Shown here one piece after another: positions 35,682 through 44,914 of a DNA stretch of 64,000 nt. The notes beneath the pieces were generated by a model that did not search any database, was not told the origin of the DNA, and saw nothing but the letters and a program-made list of their open reading frames with translations. The position numbers and the translations under genes are program-made. The number at the start of each line of letters is the position of its first letter. The first letter of the stretch is position 1. Origin of the DNA: Gaiellales bacterium (GTDB lineage: Bacteria > Actinomycetota > Thermoleophilia > Gaiellales > Gaiellaceae); contig JBBRNX010000009.1 of assembly GCA_038230035.1 (NCBI GenBank), positions 11,882 through 75,881 on the forward strand, given 5' to 3'.

Positions 35682-38468
35682 ATGGCGACCGCAAAGACCA
35701 AGGACCCACTTTCCAGCACCCCCGCTGCACCGGCTGCAGAGGAGTACGTCAACACCGTCGTCGACGCGGAGGCGCAGGTCGCCCCACGCCGCTTCTTCAC
35801 GATCCCGGGCCGCGACCCGTTCGACGAGATCGAATGGGAGCTTCGTGACGCGCTGATCCCGGGCAAGGACGGCCCGGCGTTCGAGCAGCGAAACGTCGAG
35901 TTCCCCAAGTTCTGGTCGCAGACGGCCACCAACATCGTCGCGCAGAAGTACTTCCGCGGCCGGCTCTCCTCCCCCGAGCGCGAGCGCTCCGTGAAGCAGA
36001 TGGTCGGCCGCGTGGTCGACACGATCGGTGGCTGGGGCCGGGCGGGCGGCTACTTCGCGACCGACGACGAGGCCGAGACCTTCGAGGCCGAGCTGAAGGC
36101 GATCCTCGTCAACCAGTACGCCTCGTTCAACTCGCCGGTGTGGTTCAACGTCGGCTTCGAGGAGAAGCCTCAGTGCTCGGCGTGCTTCATCCTCTCGATC
36201 GAGGACTCGATGGACTCGATCCTCGACTGGATCCGGCGCGAGGGTGTCATCTTCCGCGGCGGCTCGGGTTCCGGTGTAAACCTTTCCCGTCTCCGTTCGT
36301 CGAAAGAGCAGCTCTCGAAGGGCGGTCACGCGTCAGGCCCGGTGAGCTTCATGCGCGGCGCCGATGCGTCGGCGGGCACGATCAAGTCGGGCGGCAAGAC
36401 GCGTCGCGCGGCGAAGATGGTCGTCCTCGACATCGACCATCCGGACGTCGAGGAGTTCATCTGGTGCAAGGCCAAGGAGGAGCGCAAGGCGCGCGTCCTC
36501 GAGCAGGCGGGCTACGACATGTCGCTCGACTCGCCCGACTGGTCGTCGATCCAGTACCAGAACGCGAACAACTCGGTGCGCGTGACGGACGCCTTCATGG
36601 AGGCCGTGGTCGAAGGCAAGGACTGGAACCTCACTGCCCGCACCGACGGCTCGGTCGTCGACACGGTCGACGCGCGCGCGTTGCTGCGCGGCATCGCAGA
36701 GGCGTCCTGGCAATGCGCCGACCCGGGTGTGCAGTACGACACGACGATCAACGCGTGGCACACCCTGCCGAACACGTCGCGCATCAACGCGTCGAACCCG
36801 TGCAGCGAGTACATGTCGATCGACGACAGCGCCTGCAACCTTGCCTCGCTCAACCTGATGAAGTTCCGCAAGGAGGACGGCGAGCTCGACGTCGAGATGC
36901 TCGAGCACGCGGTCGACGTGATGTTCCTCGCGCAGGAGATCGCGGTTGGCTACTCCTCATACCCGACGCCCGAGATCGGCCGCAACGCGGTCCGGTTCCG
37001 CCAGCTCGGCCTGGGCTACGCGAACCTCGGCGCGCTGCTGATGGCGCGGAGCTTCCCGTACGACTCAGACGGTGGCCGCGCGTACGCCGCGGCGATCACC
37101 GCTCTGATGACGGGTCGCGCCTACCGCAAGTCGGCAGAAGTCGCGAAGCGGATGGGTGCGTTCGACGGGTACCGCGAGAATGCGGCGGCGATGATCGGCG
37201 TGATCTCGAAGCACCGCGCAGCCGTCGGGAACATCGACCATGCGAACTCGGTGCCGGAGGATCTGCTCGGCGCTGCGCGGAGGTCGTGGGACGACGCGCT
37301 CAACCTCGGCGAGGTCGCCGGCTTCCGCAACGCGCAGGCGACCGTGCTCGCGCCGACCGGGACGATCAGCTTCATGATGGATTGCGACACGACCGGCGTG
37401 GAGCCCGACTTCTCGCTGGTGAAGTCGAAGAAGCTCGTCGGCGGCGGCGAGATCACGATCGTCAACAAGACGGTGCCGATGGCGCTCGAGAAGCTCGGGT
37501 ACGCGCCGGGCGAGGTCGACGACGTCGTCGCGTTCATCGACGAGCGGAACACGGTCGTCGGCGCCCCGCACCTGAAGACCGACCACTACCCGGTCTTCGA
37601 TTGCGCGATCGGCGAGCGGGCGATCCACTACATGGGTCACGTCAGGATGATGGGCGCCGTCCAGCCGTTCATCTCGGGCGCGATCTCGAAGACGGTGAAC
37701 CTGCCCGAGACATCGACGATCGACGAGGTCGGCCAGCTGCTGATCGAGGCATGGCAGCTCGGCGTCAAGGCGATCGCCATCTACCGGGACAACTGCAAGG
37801 TCGCGCAACCGCTCTCGGGCTCGAAGGACAAGAGCGAGGCTGGGCTTCTCGCCGTGGCGCTGATCCCGACCGGCGTGCTGCCGCACCCGAAGCGACGACG
37901 CGTGCCGGAGGATCGCACCGAGGTTGGCCGCAAGTTCAAGGTCGGCGAGTACGAGGGCTACATCCACGTCGGCCTGTTCGAGGACGGTACGCCCGGCGAC
38001 ATCTTCGTGGACATCGCGAAGGAGGGCACGACCCTTGCCGGCCTGATGAACTCGTTCATGATCTCCGTCTCGCTCGGCCTCCAGTACGGCGTGCCGCTAG
38101 AGGTGTACGTCTCGAAGTTCAGCCACATGCGCTTCGAGCCGTCGGGGATGACGAACGACGCCGACATCCGCGTCGCGAAGTCGATCGTCGACTACATCTT
38201 CCGCTGGATGGGCAAGAGGTTCCTGACCACCGACCAGCAGGAGGAGGCGGGCATTCTGACCGCCGAGGTGAAGGCGCGTCTCGCAGCCGCCTATGCGACG
38301 GGCGAGGCAGCCCCACCGGCAGCCGTCGAGGCGGCGCCTCCCGGCCAGACCGCGCTCTTCAACGCGTGGGAAGACGCAGTCGAGTGCGCGAAGTGCGGCG
38401 GCAGCATGGTGCGAACCGGCAGCTGCTACACCTGCCGCGACTGCGGCACCAACACCGGCTGCTCGTAG
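35682..38468 (+). CDS. nrdJ: Vitamin B12-dependent class II ribonucleotide reductase with TSCPD domain and Zn ribbon
   Basis: FNSPVWFN, QCSACFI, NPCSEY, ACNLASLNL, APTGTIS, ISKTVN, C-terminal CAKC..CYTCRDCG. Confidence 0.95.
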   Translation: MATAKTKDPLSSTPAAPAAEEYVNTVVDAEAQVAPRRFFTIPGRDPFDEIEWELRDALIPGKDGPAFEQRNVEFPKFWSQTATNIVAQKYFRGRLSSPERERSVKQMVGRVVDTIGGWGRAGGYFATDDEAETFEAELKAILVNQYASFNSPVWFNVGFEEKPQCSACFILSIEDSMDSILDWIRREGVIFRGGSGSGVNLSRLRSSKEQLSKGGHASGPVSFMRGADASAGTIKSGGKTRRAAKMVVLDIDHPDVEEFIWCKAKEERKARVLEQAGYDMSLDSPDWSSIQYQNANNSVRVTDAFMEAVVEGKDWNLTARTDGSVVDTVDARALLRGIAEASWQCADPGVQYDTTINAWHTLPNTSRINASNPCSEYMSIDDSACNLASLNLMKFRKEDGELDVEMLEHAVDVMFLAQEIAVGYSSYPTPEIGRNAVRFRQLGLGYANLGALLMARSFPYDSDGGRAYAAAITALMTGRAYRKSAEVAKRMGAFDGYRENAAAMIGVISKHRAAVGNIDHANSVPEDLLGAARRSWDDALNLGEVAGFRNAQATVLAPTGTISFMMDCDTTGVEPDFSLVKSKKLVGGGEITIVNKTVPMALEKLGYAPGEVDDVVAFIDERNTVVGAPHLKTDHYPVFDCAIGERAIHYMGHVRMMGAVQPFISGAISKTVNLPETSTIDEVGQLLIEAWQLGVKAIAIYRDNCKVAQPLSGSKDKSEAGLLAVALIPTGVLPHPKRRRVPEDRTEVGRKFKVGEYEGYIHVGLFEDGTPGDIFVDIAKEGTTLAGLMNSFMISVSLGLQYGVPLEVYVSKFSHMRFEPSGMTNDADIRVAKSIVDYIFRWMGKRFLTTDQQEEAGILTAEVKARLAAAYATGEAAPPAAVEAAPPGQTALFNAWEDAVECAKCGGSMVRTGSCYTCRDCGTNTGCS

Positions 38469-38534
38469 CAACGCATATCCGGCGGCTCCCTCGCCCTTGC
38501 GTCAGGCGTGGGAGCCGCCAGCTTCTTCGCGCCG

Positions 38535-39050
38535 TTACATCGGTGGCGCGAGCACGCGGACCGGGAGGTCTACTCCTCGAGGCGCGCCGGCCGCTATGAA
38601 CTCGACGCCGCGCGAGTCAACGTCGCTAAAGGGAACCCAGACGCTCGCCCCGTCCGTGAGAACCAGGGTGACGCTCCGCGGACGGCGTGTACCGCGAAGG
38701 AAAGGCTTGCCACCTGGATCCCGAACGAGCTCACGCACGTCGCCCCACTCGAGCGTGCGAGTCGTGAAGAATCCGACGAGCGAGATGCCATTGGCGTCGA
38801 CTCCCACAGCCCGACGCCAGTAACCAACCACCGCCACAGCGCAACCGGCGACGATCGCTGGGATCAGGATCCACTTCAGCGTGAGTTCGGGGACCCAAAA
38901 CTGGATGAAGAACAACACCCCCATCAGACCGATGTACGGCAGAAACGCATCACTCGTTGCCGCAAAGAGTCGTGGCAGGCCAACAGGGAAGCGGGCCAAG
39001 GGCTGAGAGCTCCGACCAGCAGGATCCGACCGACTCGTCAACAACCACAT
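38535..39050 (-). CDS. Small membrane protein with bacterial PH-like domain
   Basis: Two TM helices then VGVDANGISLVGFFTTRTLEWGDV; the longer ORF call is antisense to the HNH gene. Confidence 0.55.
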   Translation of the reverse strand: MWLLTSRSDPAGRSSQPLARFPVGLPRLFAATSDAFLPYIGLMGVLFFIQFWVPELTLKWILIPAIVAGCAVAVVGYWRRAVGVDANGISLVGFFTTRTLEWGDVRELVRDPGGKPFLRGTRRPRSVTLVLTDGASVWVPFSDVDSRGVEFIAAGAPRGVDLPVRVLAPPM

Positions 39051-39086
39051 ATCGTCGGCAGCGACATAGAGTCGTAGTATCGACGA

Positions 39087-39986
39087 GTGCGCGATGAGGA
39101 CATCCGCAGCTCGTGTTTCCACTCGCTCGCAGTCCTCTGCGCGCAGTTCGGTGAGGATGTGCCGTACAAGGGCGGTCTCGATCGCGGGTTCGCCTTTCGC
39201 GGCGCTCGCGTTCCGTTTCTGAACTATCAGAAGGGCATCTACCGCGCCGCCGCGCAGCGCGGGCCGGCGGCGCTCTCGATCAACACGTCGTACGTCTCGC
39301 CGTACGACGACGAGCAGACAGACGCGGGCTTCCTCTACGCCTATCGAACTGGCGCCATCGATCAGCCCGACAACCGTGCGCTCCGCGCGGCCTGTGAACT
39401 TCAGGTGCCGCTCGTCTACTTCATCGGCACCCGGCCAGGATGGTATCGGCCAGTCTTTCCGTCGTACGTCATTACCGACGATCCAGTCTCGCGACGCGTG
39501 ACGGTAGGCATCGGGCACATGGCCGGCCCGCTCGACGACCAAGAGGCGATCATCGCCGAAGACCCGATCGAGCGACGCTATGCAGTCCGTGAGACGCGCA
39601 CACGGTTGCATCAGGCTCGGTTCCGCGGACGCGTACTCCCTGCATACAAGGGCCAGTGCGCGATCTGTCGCCTGAAGGAGACGCGGCTACTCGATGCCGC
39701 CCACATCATCGGCGACTTCGAGGAGCACGGCGCCGCCGAAGTTAACAACGGCCTGAGCCTGTGCTCCATCCACCATCGCGCCTTCGACCAGGATCTGGTC
39801 GGCGTCTCGCCCGACTACGAGGTTCGGGTTGCGAGGCGACTCCTCGAAGACGCGGACGGACCAATGCTGGACCTGCTCAAGGGCTTCCATCGGCAGAGGA
39901 TCCACCTACCTGAGCGACGCAGTCACAGGCCGGATCCGATGCGGCTCGCTGCACGATTCGAGCGCTTCAGGTCGGCGTCTTCATGA
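39087..39986 (+). CDS. HNH endonuclease with SRA-like N-terminal domain (putative modification-dependent restriction enzyme)
   Basis: CAICRL..LDAAHII..NGLSLCSIHHRAFD HNH; N-terminal GIY..ALSI..SPYDD..YAY..DNRAL..PLVYF. Confidence 0.82.
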   Translation: MRDEDIRSSCFHSLAVLCAQFGEDVPYKGGLDRGFAFRGARVPFLNYQKGIYRAAAQRGPAALSINTSYVSPYDDEQTDAGFLYAYRTGAIDQPDNRALRAACELQVPLVYFIGTRPGWYRPVFPSYVITDDPVSRRVTVGIGHMAGPLDDQEAIIAEDPIERRYAVRETRTRLHQARFRGRVLPAYKGQCAICRLKETRLLDAAHIIGDFEEHGAAEVNNGLSLCSIHHRAFDQDLVGVSPDYEVRVARRLLEDADGPMLDLLKGFHRQRIHLPERRSHRPDPMRLAARFERFRSASS

Positions 39987-40002
39987 ACGAAAGGAGCCTC
40001 TC

Positions 40003-40224
40003 ATGACCGAAACACGGACTATCGAGCTGACCGACGCGGAGATTCACCTCCTGTGCGAAGCACTGGACTCTCACGAGTACTGGCAACTCTCCGAGCCGCA
40101 TGAACGGAACGACGGGTACTCGACTGTCGAAGATGGCGCGAACGAAGAGATCGATGACGTTCGGGCTCGCTCTGAAGCTCTCAGGGAGAGCCGGGACGGT
40201 GGCGGCGAGCTAGGAACACGCTGA
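40003..40224 (+). CDS. Small acidic hypothetical protein
   Basis: AAAGGAG SD before ATG 40003; MTETRTIELTDAEIHLLCEALDSHEYWQLS... Confidence 0.6.
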   Translation: MTETRTIELTDAEIHLLCEALDSHEYWQLSEPHERNDGYSTVEDGANEEIDDVRARSEALRESRDGGGELGTR

Positions 40225-40256
40225 GGCGGCTAGAGCGCCGCCCCAGCCTGTGAGTC

Positions 40257-40547
40257 CTACATCTGGCGTTCGAGGGCGACCTCGTAGATGTCGACCGCTG
40301 TGCGGCGGATGTTCCCGCCTCCGGACGGGCTCATCCCTTCGAGGGTCTCGGAGCCCTTCCGCAGGTCCTCCTCGGACGCGAAGCGAATTGCGACGACGAC
40401 CTTCCCGGCGGCGCGATCGGCCAGGACGGCGATCCGCGTCGCCGGCACGTCGGGCGGCGGGCCATCCGACGAGCTGATCTCGCTGACGAGGGCGTTCAGC
40501 GCCTCCTCGTCAGCCTCGAACGTCACAGCGCGCACGTACTCAGCCAT
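40257..40547 (-). CDS. Hypothetical protein (ABM/dimeric alpha-beta barrel-like)
   Basis: GGAGGA SD; 96 aa; DRAAGKVVVAIRFASEEDL pattern. Confidence 0.65.
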   Translation of the reverse strand: MAEYVRAVTFEADEEALNALVSEISSSDGPPPDVPATRIAVLADRAAGKVVVAIRFASEEDLRKGSETLEGMSPSGGGNIRRTAVDIYEVALERQM

Positions 40548-40657
40548 CTATTCCTCCTTCGACGGTGGTCCGGCCGAGTCTACGCCCGAAGTCCGCAAAG
40601 AGAAGGTCAGCAAGCGCGATCAAGTGCTCGCTTCGCCACCATGCCACGATCCGAGGC

Positions 40658-41575
40658 ATGAGCGCTACGACCGATACGTTCACGCGCTTCGTCGACGCCC
40701 TTGCGGACACGCTCGACGACCATGACGCAGCCGGTGACGCGCTCGCGTCGCGCTTGCACCTGTCTCGGTTCCACCTCGACCGGCTCGTCTCGGCCGCCGC
40801 GGGCGAGGCACCCGCAACGTTCCGCCGGCGTGTCCTGCTCGAACGGGCTGCGTACCGTCTCATCACGACAGACGACGACCTGCTGCGAGTCGCCTTGGAG
40901 GCCGGCTACTCCTCGCACGAGGCGTTCACCCGTGCGTTCGGGCGCGCCTACGGGCAGGCACCCTCGCGATGGCGTCAGCGGCCAAGCCGATTCCAGATCG
41001 ACGCACCGAGCCAGGTGCATTTCAACCCGCCCGGGGGCCTGCGTGTTCCCGCTCAGAGAAAGGTCACCGCCATGGATCTGCTCACACGCATGACCGAGCA
41101 CCACGTCTGCCTGATCGGCGAGATGATCACCCGGGCCGAAGGCCTGCCCGACGCCGTGCTCGATGCGCCCGTCGAACTCTCCGTCGACGGCATCGACCAC
41201 AATCCGACGCTGCGTTCCCTCCTGTCGCGGCTCGTCGGCCAGCTCGCGATGTGGGATGCCGTCACCCACGATCGGTCCTACGACTTCGATGTCGAGTTGA
41301 ACGAGAACATCCCGAGCATGCGCGCCCGGTTGGCCGAGGTCGGGCCTGCGTTTCTGACGCAGGTGCGCTCGATCGTCGACCAGGGGCGCCTCGACGAGAC
41401 GCTCGTCAACGCGCTTTGCGATCCGCCCGAGGTCTTCACCTACGGCGGGATGATCGCCCACGTGCTGACATTCGCCGCCCATCGCCGCACGCTGGTCTGT
41501 GGCGCCCTGTCCACCGCGGGAGTCCCCGACCTCGTCAACGGCGATCCGATGCGCTGGGTGGCGGAACACGCATAA
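40658..41575 (+). CDS. AraC-family regulator fused to a DinB-like C-terminal domain
   Basis: HLSRFHLDR, RRVLLERAA, AGYSSHEAFTRAFGRAYGQAPS; C-terminal IAHVLTFAAHRR. Confidence 0.82.
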   Translation: MSATTDTFTRFVDALADTLDDHDAAGDALASRLHLSRFHLDRLVSAAAGEAPATFRRRVLLERAAYRLITTDDDLLRVALEAGYSSHEAFTRAFGRAYGQAPSRWRQRPSRFQIDAPSQVHFNPPGGLRVPAQRKVTAMDLLTRMTEHHVCLIGEMITRAEGLPDAVLDAPVELSVDGIDHNPTLRSLLSRLVGQLAMWDAVTHDRSYDFDVELNENIPSMRARLAEVGPAFLTQVRSIVDQGRLDETLVNALCDPPEVFTYGGMIAHVLTFAAHRRTLVCGALSTAGVPDLVNGDPMRWVAEHA

Positions 41576-41683
41576 ACACCCGTCTCCATCGCGCTCTCGA
41601 ATGGCCGGTATCAGGAGCCGCTGTGGTGTAGCGCGCGCCGCGCAGCGACCATTCAGGTGTCATCAAGAGCCGAGGAGGCGCAC

Positions 41684-41875
41684 ATGCATCCCTACTTTTT
41701 CTCTCTGCTCTACCGCGAGCAGCTGGCCGAGTACGAGCGTCAGGCCGAGTACCGCAGACACATTCCGAGGCAGAAGGGTCACCTGGTGAAGCGGTTCGTG
41801 TCGATGGTCACGCGGTCGCGCAGGTCTGCTGCAACCGTGCCACCCGTTGCAGCCGAGGCGCGCCCGTGCCACTGA
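41684..41875 (+). CDS. Small hypothetical protein (63 aa)
   Basis: GAGGAGG SD before ATG; MHPYFFSLLYREQLAEYERQAEYRR... Confidence 0.55.
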   Translation: MHPYFFSLLYREQLAEYERQAEYRRHIPRQKGHLVKRFVSMVTRSRRSAATVPPVAAEARPCH

Positions 41876-41883
41876 CCGCCACA

Positions 41884-42846
41884 ATGCGGCAGATGAGCCC
41901 GGCGACCGACACTGAGAGGGCAGGCCAAGACCGCTGGCTCGGCGTCGAAGTGCGGCACCTCGCCGCACTTCGCGCTGTGGCTGACGAGGGGACGTTCGGG
42001 GCAGCTGCGCTCAGGCTCGGTTACGCGCAGTCGGCGATCAGCCAGCAGATCGCCGCACTCGAACGGCACGTTGGCCGCCGCCTCTTCGACCGGCCCGGCG
42101 GCTCCCGCCCCGTCTCGTTGACGCGCGCCGGCGAGCTGCTGCTCGGTCACGCGGAATCGATCATGACGCGCCTGTCGGCAGCCCGGATCGACCTCGACTC
42201 GATCGCAGACGAGGATCTCGGCACGACCATCCGCGTCGGCGCATATCAGAGTGTCGCGGCCACGATCCTGCCGCTGATCCTGCAGGAGCTCGGCGCCGAC
42301 CCGGAAGAAGTCCAGTTCGACCTCACCGAGTCGAACGACGACCGCGTGCTCCTCGAAATGCTCGAGCGCGGCGAGCTGGACGTCGCGTTCACCGAGCTTC
42401 CGCTACCCGACGGGCCGCTCGAAGCGGCTCGACTGCTCGACGATCCGTACCTCCTCGTCGTCCACGAAGACCACCCGTACGCGTCGCTCGACCGTGAGCT
42501 CACCCTGGAGGAGGTCGCCGGCGTACCGCTGATCACGTGCAAGCAGAACTCGGGCGGGAGCCGACTCGACGAGGCGTTCTCGCTGCATGGGCTCCGCCCG
42601 CGGTTCGTCCAGAAGGTGGAGGACACGGGCACGCTCCACGCTTTCGTGGTCGCCGGTCTCGGCGGCGGCCTCATCCCACGGCTCGCAGCAGACGTCGAAG
42701 GGAAGCCGCTCGTCGCGCTGCCGATCGAGTCGAAGCTGCCGCACCGCGTCGTCGCGATCGCCTGGCACCGCGACCGCCTCCACACCTGCACGGCCGGGAT
42801 GTTCGTCGACCTCGCGGTCGAGGTCTCTGCTCAACACTCGCGCTAG
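41884..42846 (+). CDS. LysR-family transcriptional regulator
   Basis: LRAVADEGTFGAAALRLGYAQSAISQQIAALE, LTRAGE, ERGELDVAF. Confidence 0.92.
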   Translation: MRQMSPATDTERAGQDRWLGVEVRHLAALRAVADEGTFGAAALRLGYAQSAISQQIAALERHVGRRLFDRPGGSRPVSLTRAGELLLGHAESIMTRLSAARIDLDSIADEDLGTTIRVGAYQSVAATILPLILQELGADPEEVQFDLTESNDDRVLLEMLERGELDVAFTELPLPDGPLEAARLLDDPYLLVVHEDHPYASLDRELTLEEVAGVPLITCKQNSGGSRLDEAFSLHGLRPRFVQKVEDTGTLHAFVVAGLGGGLIPRLAADVEGKPLVALPIESKLPHRVVAIAWHRDRLHTCTAGMFVDLAVEVSAQHSR

Positions 42847-42872
42847 CAGCAGCTTTCGGCATGCTGTAGACC

Positions 42873-43424
42873 ATGGAACACCTCGACCTTGCGACGCTCA
42901 ACGCCTCGCGCGACCGGATCCTTGCGTCGCCGAAAGACGACGGACGCGTCGAGTTGATCGTGCGCCGGCCTGCGGTCGAGGAGCGCGAAACCGTCACTGA
43001 GGCGACGCTCGACACAGTCGAAGGACTCGTTGGCGACTGCTGGCGCGCCCGCGGGTCGAGCAGCGCGCCCGACGGCTCGGCGAATCCGAAGGCGCAGCTC
43101 ACGCTGATGAACGCCCGGGTCGCCGCCCTCGTCGCCGTGAACCCGGAGCGCATCCCGCTCGCCGGCGACCAGTTTTTCGTCGACTTCGACCTGACCGCCG
43201 CGAACGTTCCGCCTGGCACGCGCCTGGCGCTCGGCTCGGCAGTCATCGAGGTCAGCGACGACCCTCATATGGGCTGCCGCAAGTTCTTCGACCGATTCGG
43301 CAACGATGCGCACCGCTTCGTGAACTCCAAAGAGGATCGCGCGCTCAACCTCCGCGGCATCAACGCGTTCGTCGTCACCGGCGGCACGGTCCGCGCCGGC
43401 GACACCATCCGCAAGACCAGCTAG
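42873..43424 (+). CDS. MOSC-domain protein
   Basis: GLVGD, QLTLMN, AGDQFFVDFDL, PHMGCRKF, LRGINA, GTVRAGD. Confidence 0.85.
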   Translation: MEHLDLATLNASRDRILASPKDDGRVELIVRRPAVEERETVTEATLDTVEGLVGDCWRARGSSSAPDGSANPKAQLTLMNARVAALVAVNPERIPLAGDQFFVDFDLTAANVPPGTRLALGSAVIEVSDDPHMGCRKFFDRFGNDAHRFVNSKEDRALNLRGINAFVVTGGTVRAGDTIRKTS

Positions 43425-44443
43425 CGGCGGCGGAGCGAGGCGTCTTCGAGCGACGGCGGCGTGTAGCCGGCATCGGCGGCGTTGAAGATCGTCCCGGGTG
43501 GGACGATCTCGTCGATCCGGTCGAGGATCTCGGTGCTCAGGACGACGCCCTGCGCACCGAGGTGGCTCTCGAGCTGCTCCATCGTGCGGGGGCCGACGAT
43601 CGCCGCGGTCACGGCTGGGTGGTTCATGACGAACGCAAGCGCGAGATGTACGAGCGGGATCCCCGACTCGTCGGCGAGCGCGCCCAGCGCGTCGGAAGCC
43701 TCGAACTTGCGCTGGTTGTCGGCCAGCGACATGTCGAAACGCTCCGGGATGCGCGTCGCACGACTCGACTCCGGCAGATCGCGCCCCTTCCGGTAGCCGC
43801 CGCTGAGCCAGCCGCCTGCCAGCGGGCTCCAGGGGATGACGCCCATCCCATACTGCTCGCACACGGGCAGCACGTTACGCTCGATCCCGCGCACGAGCAG
43901 CGAGTATGGCGGCTGCTCGCAGACGAACCGCTCGCGGCCACGCCGTTCGGCGACCCACTGCGCCTCGACGATCTCGTGGGCCGGGAACGTCGACGAGCCG
44001 ATGTAGCGCACCTTGCCCGAGCGGACGAGATCGGTGAGCGCGCCGAGCGTCTCGTCGATGTCCGTTCCCGGCTCGGGCCGGTGGATCTGGTAGAGGTCGA
44101 TCCAGTCGGTGCCGAGTCGGCGCAGGCTCGCCTCGACCTCCTTGACGATCCAGCGGCGGGAGTTGCCCCGCTCGTTGAGGCTGTCGCCCATCGTGCCGTG
44201 CACCTTCGTCGCAAGGATCACGTCGTCGCGCCGACCGAGGAGCGCTTTGCCCACGATCTCCTCCGACTCGCCGCGCGCGTAGACATCCGCCGTGTCGATG
44301 AAGTTGATCCCCGCGTCGAGCGCGCGGTGGATGATGCGGATCGAATCGTCGTGATCCGTGTTACCCCACGCGCCGAACATCATCGCGCCGAGACAGAGCG
44401 GCGAGACCATGACGCCGGTGCGACCGAGCGGGCGAAGCTCCAC
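43421..44443 (-). CDS. Aldo/keto reductase
   Basis: LCLGAMMFG, GINFIDTADVY, LRRLGTDWIDLYQIH, PWSPLAGG. Confidence 0.92.
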   Translation of the reverse strand: MELRPLGRTGVMVSPLCLGAMMFGAWGNTDHDDSIRIIHRALDAGINFIDTADVYARGESEEIVGKALLGRRDDVILATKVHGTMGDSLNERGNSRRWIVKEVEASLRRLGTDWIDLYQIHRPEPGTDIDETLGALTDLVRSGKVRYIGSSTFPAHEIVEAQWVAERRGRERFVCEQPPYSLLVRGIERNVLPVCEQYGMGVIPWSPLAGGWLSGGYRKGRDLPESSRATRIPERFDMSLADNQRKFEASDALGALADESGIPLVHLALAFVMNHPAVTAAIVGPRTMEQLESHLGAQGVVLSTEILDRIDEIVPPGTIFNAADAGYTPPSLEDASLRRR

Positions 44444-44494
44444 GACGCCAGCCTACCGTCGCGGAGCGCGCACCTCACCACGTAGTCTCTGAGC

Positions 44495-44908
44495 ATGAGC
44501 GAGCCGCTGACAGGAGGCTGTCTCTGCGGCGGGGTGCGCTTCGAGATCAGCGAACCCCCGGTCGTTGCGAGCTACTGCCACTGCACTCGCTGCCAGCGGC
44601 GAACGGGGACCGCAGCGGCCGTGTCGGCGCGGATTGCGCCTGGATCGTTGCGGATCACGTCCGGGGACGAACTCGTCCGAGCCTACGACCCGGGCGGCGG
44701 GTTCCTGAAGGCCTTCTGCCCGGATTGTGGCTCGGCTCTGTGGAGCCAGAGCCCGGACGACCCCGAGCTGAAGAGCGTCCGGCTCGGCGCCTTCGACTCC
44801 GACCCGGGGATCCGCCCCAGCTACCGCCAGTTCGTCGCGTACGCCGCGCCGTGGGAGCCGATCCCGGACGACGGCCTGACGCGCTACCCCGAGCGAATCC
44901 CCTCCTAA
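44495..44908 (+). CDS. GFA (glutathione-dependent formaldehyde-activating) family protein
   Basis: GGCLCGGVRF, CHCTRCQR, FCPDCGS. Confidence 0.9.
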   Translation: MSEPLTGGCLCGGVRFEISEPPVVASYCHCTRCQRRTGTAAAVSARIAPGSLRITSGDELVRAYDPGGGFLKAFCPDCGSALWSQSPDDPELKSVRLGAFDSDPGIRPSYRQFVAYAAPWEPIPDDGLTRYPERIPS

Positions 44909-44914
44909 CCGGGT

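Noticed and set aside
38508-39611. ORFs 38508-39077 (+) and the full 38535-39611 (-)
   Set aside because: The first is antisense to the PH-like membrane gene; the upper part of the second is antisense to the HNH gene.
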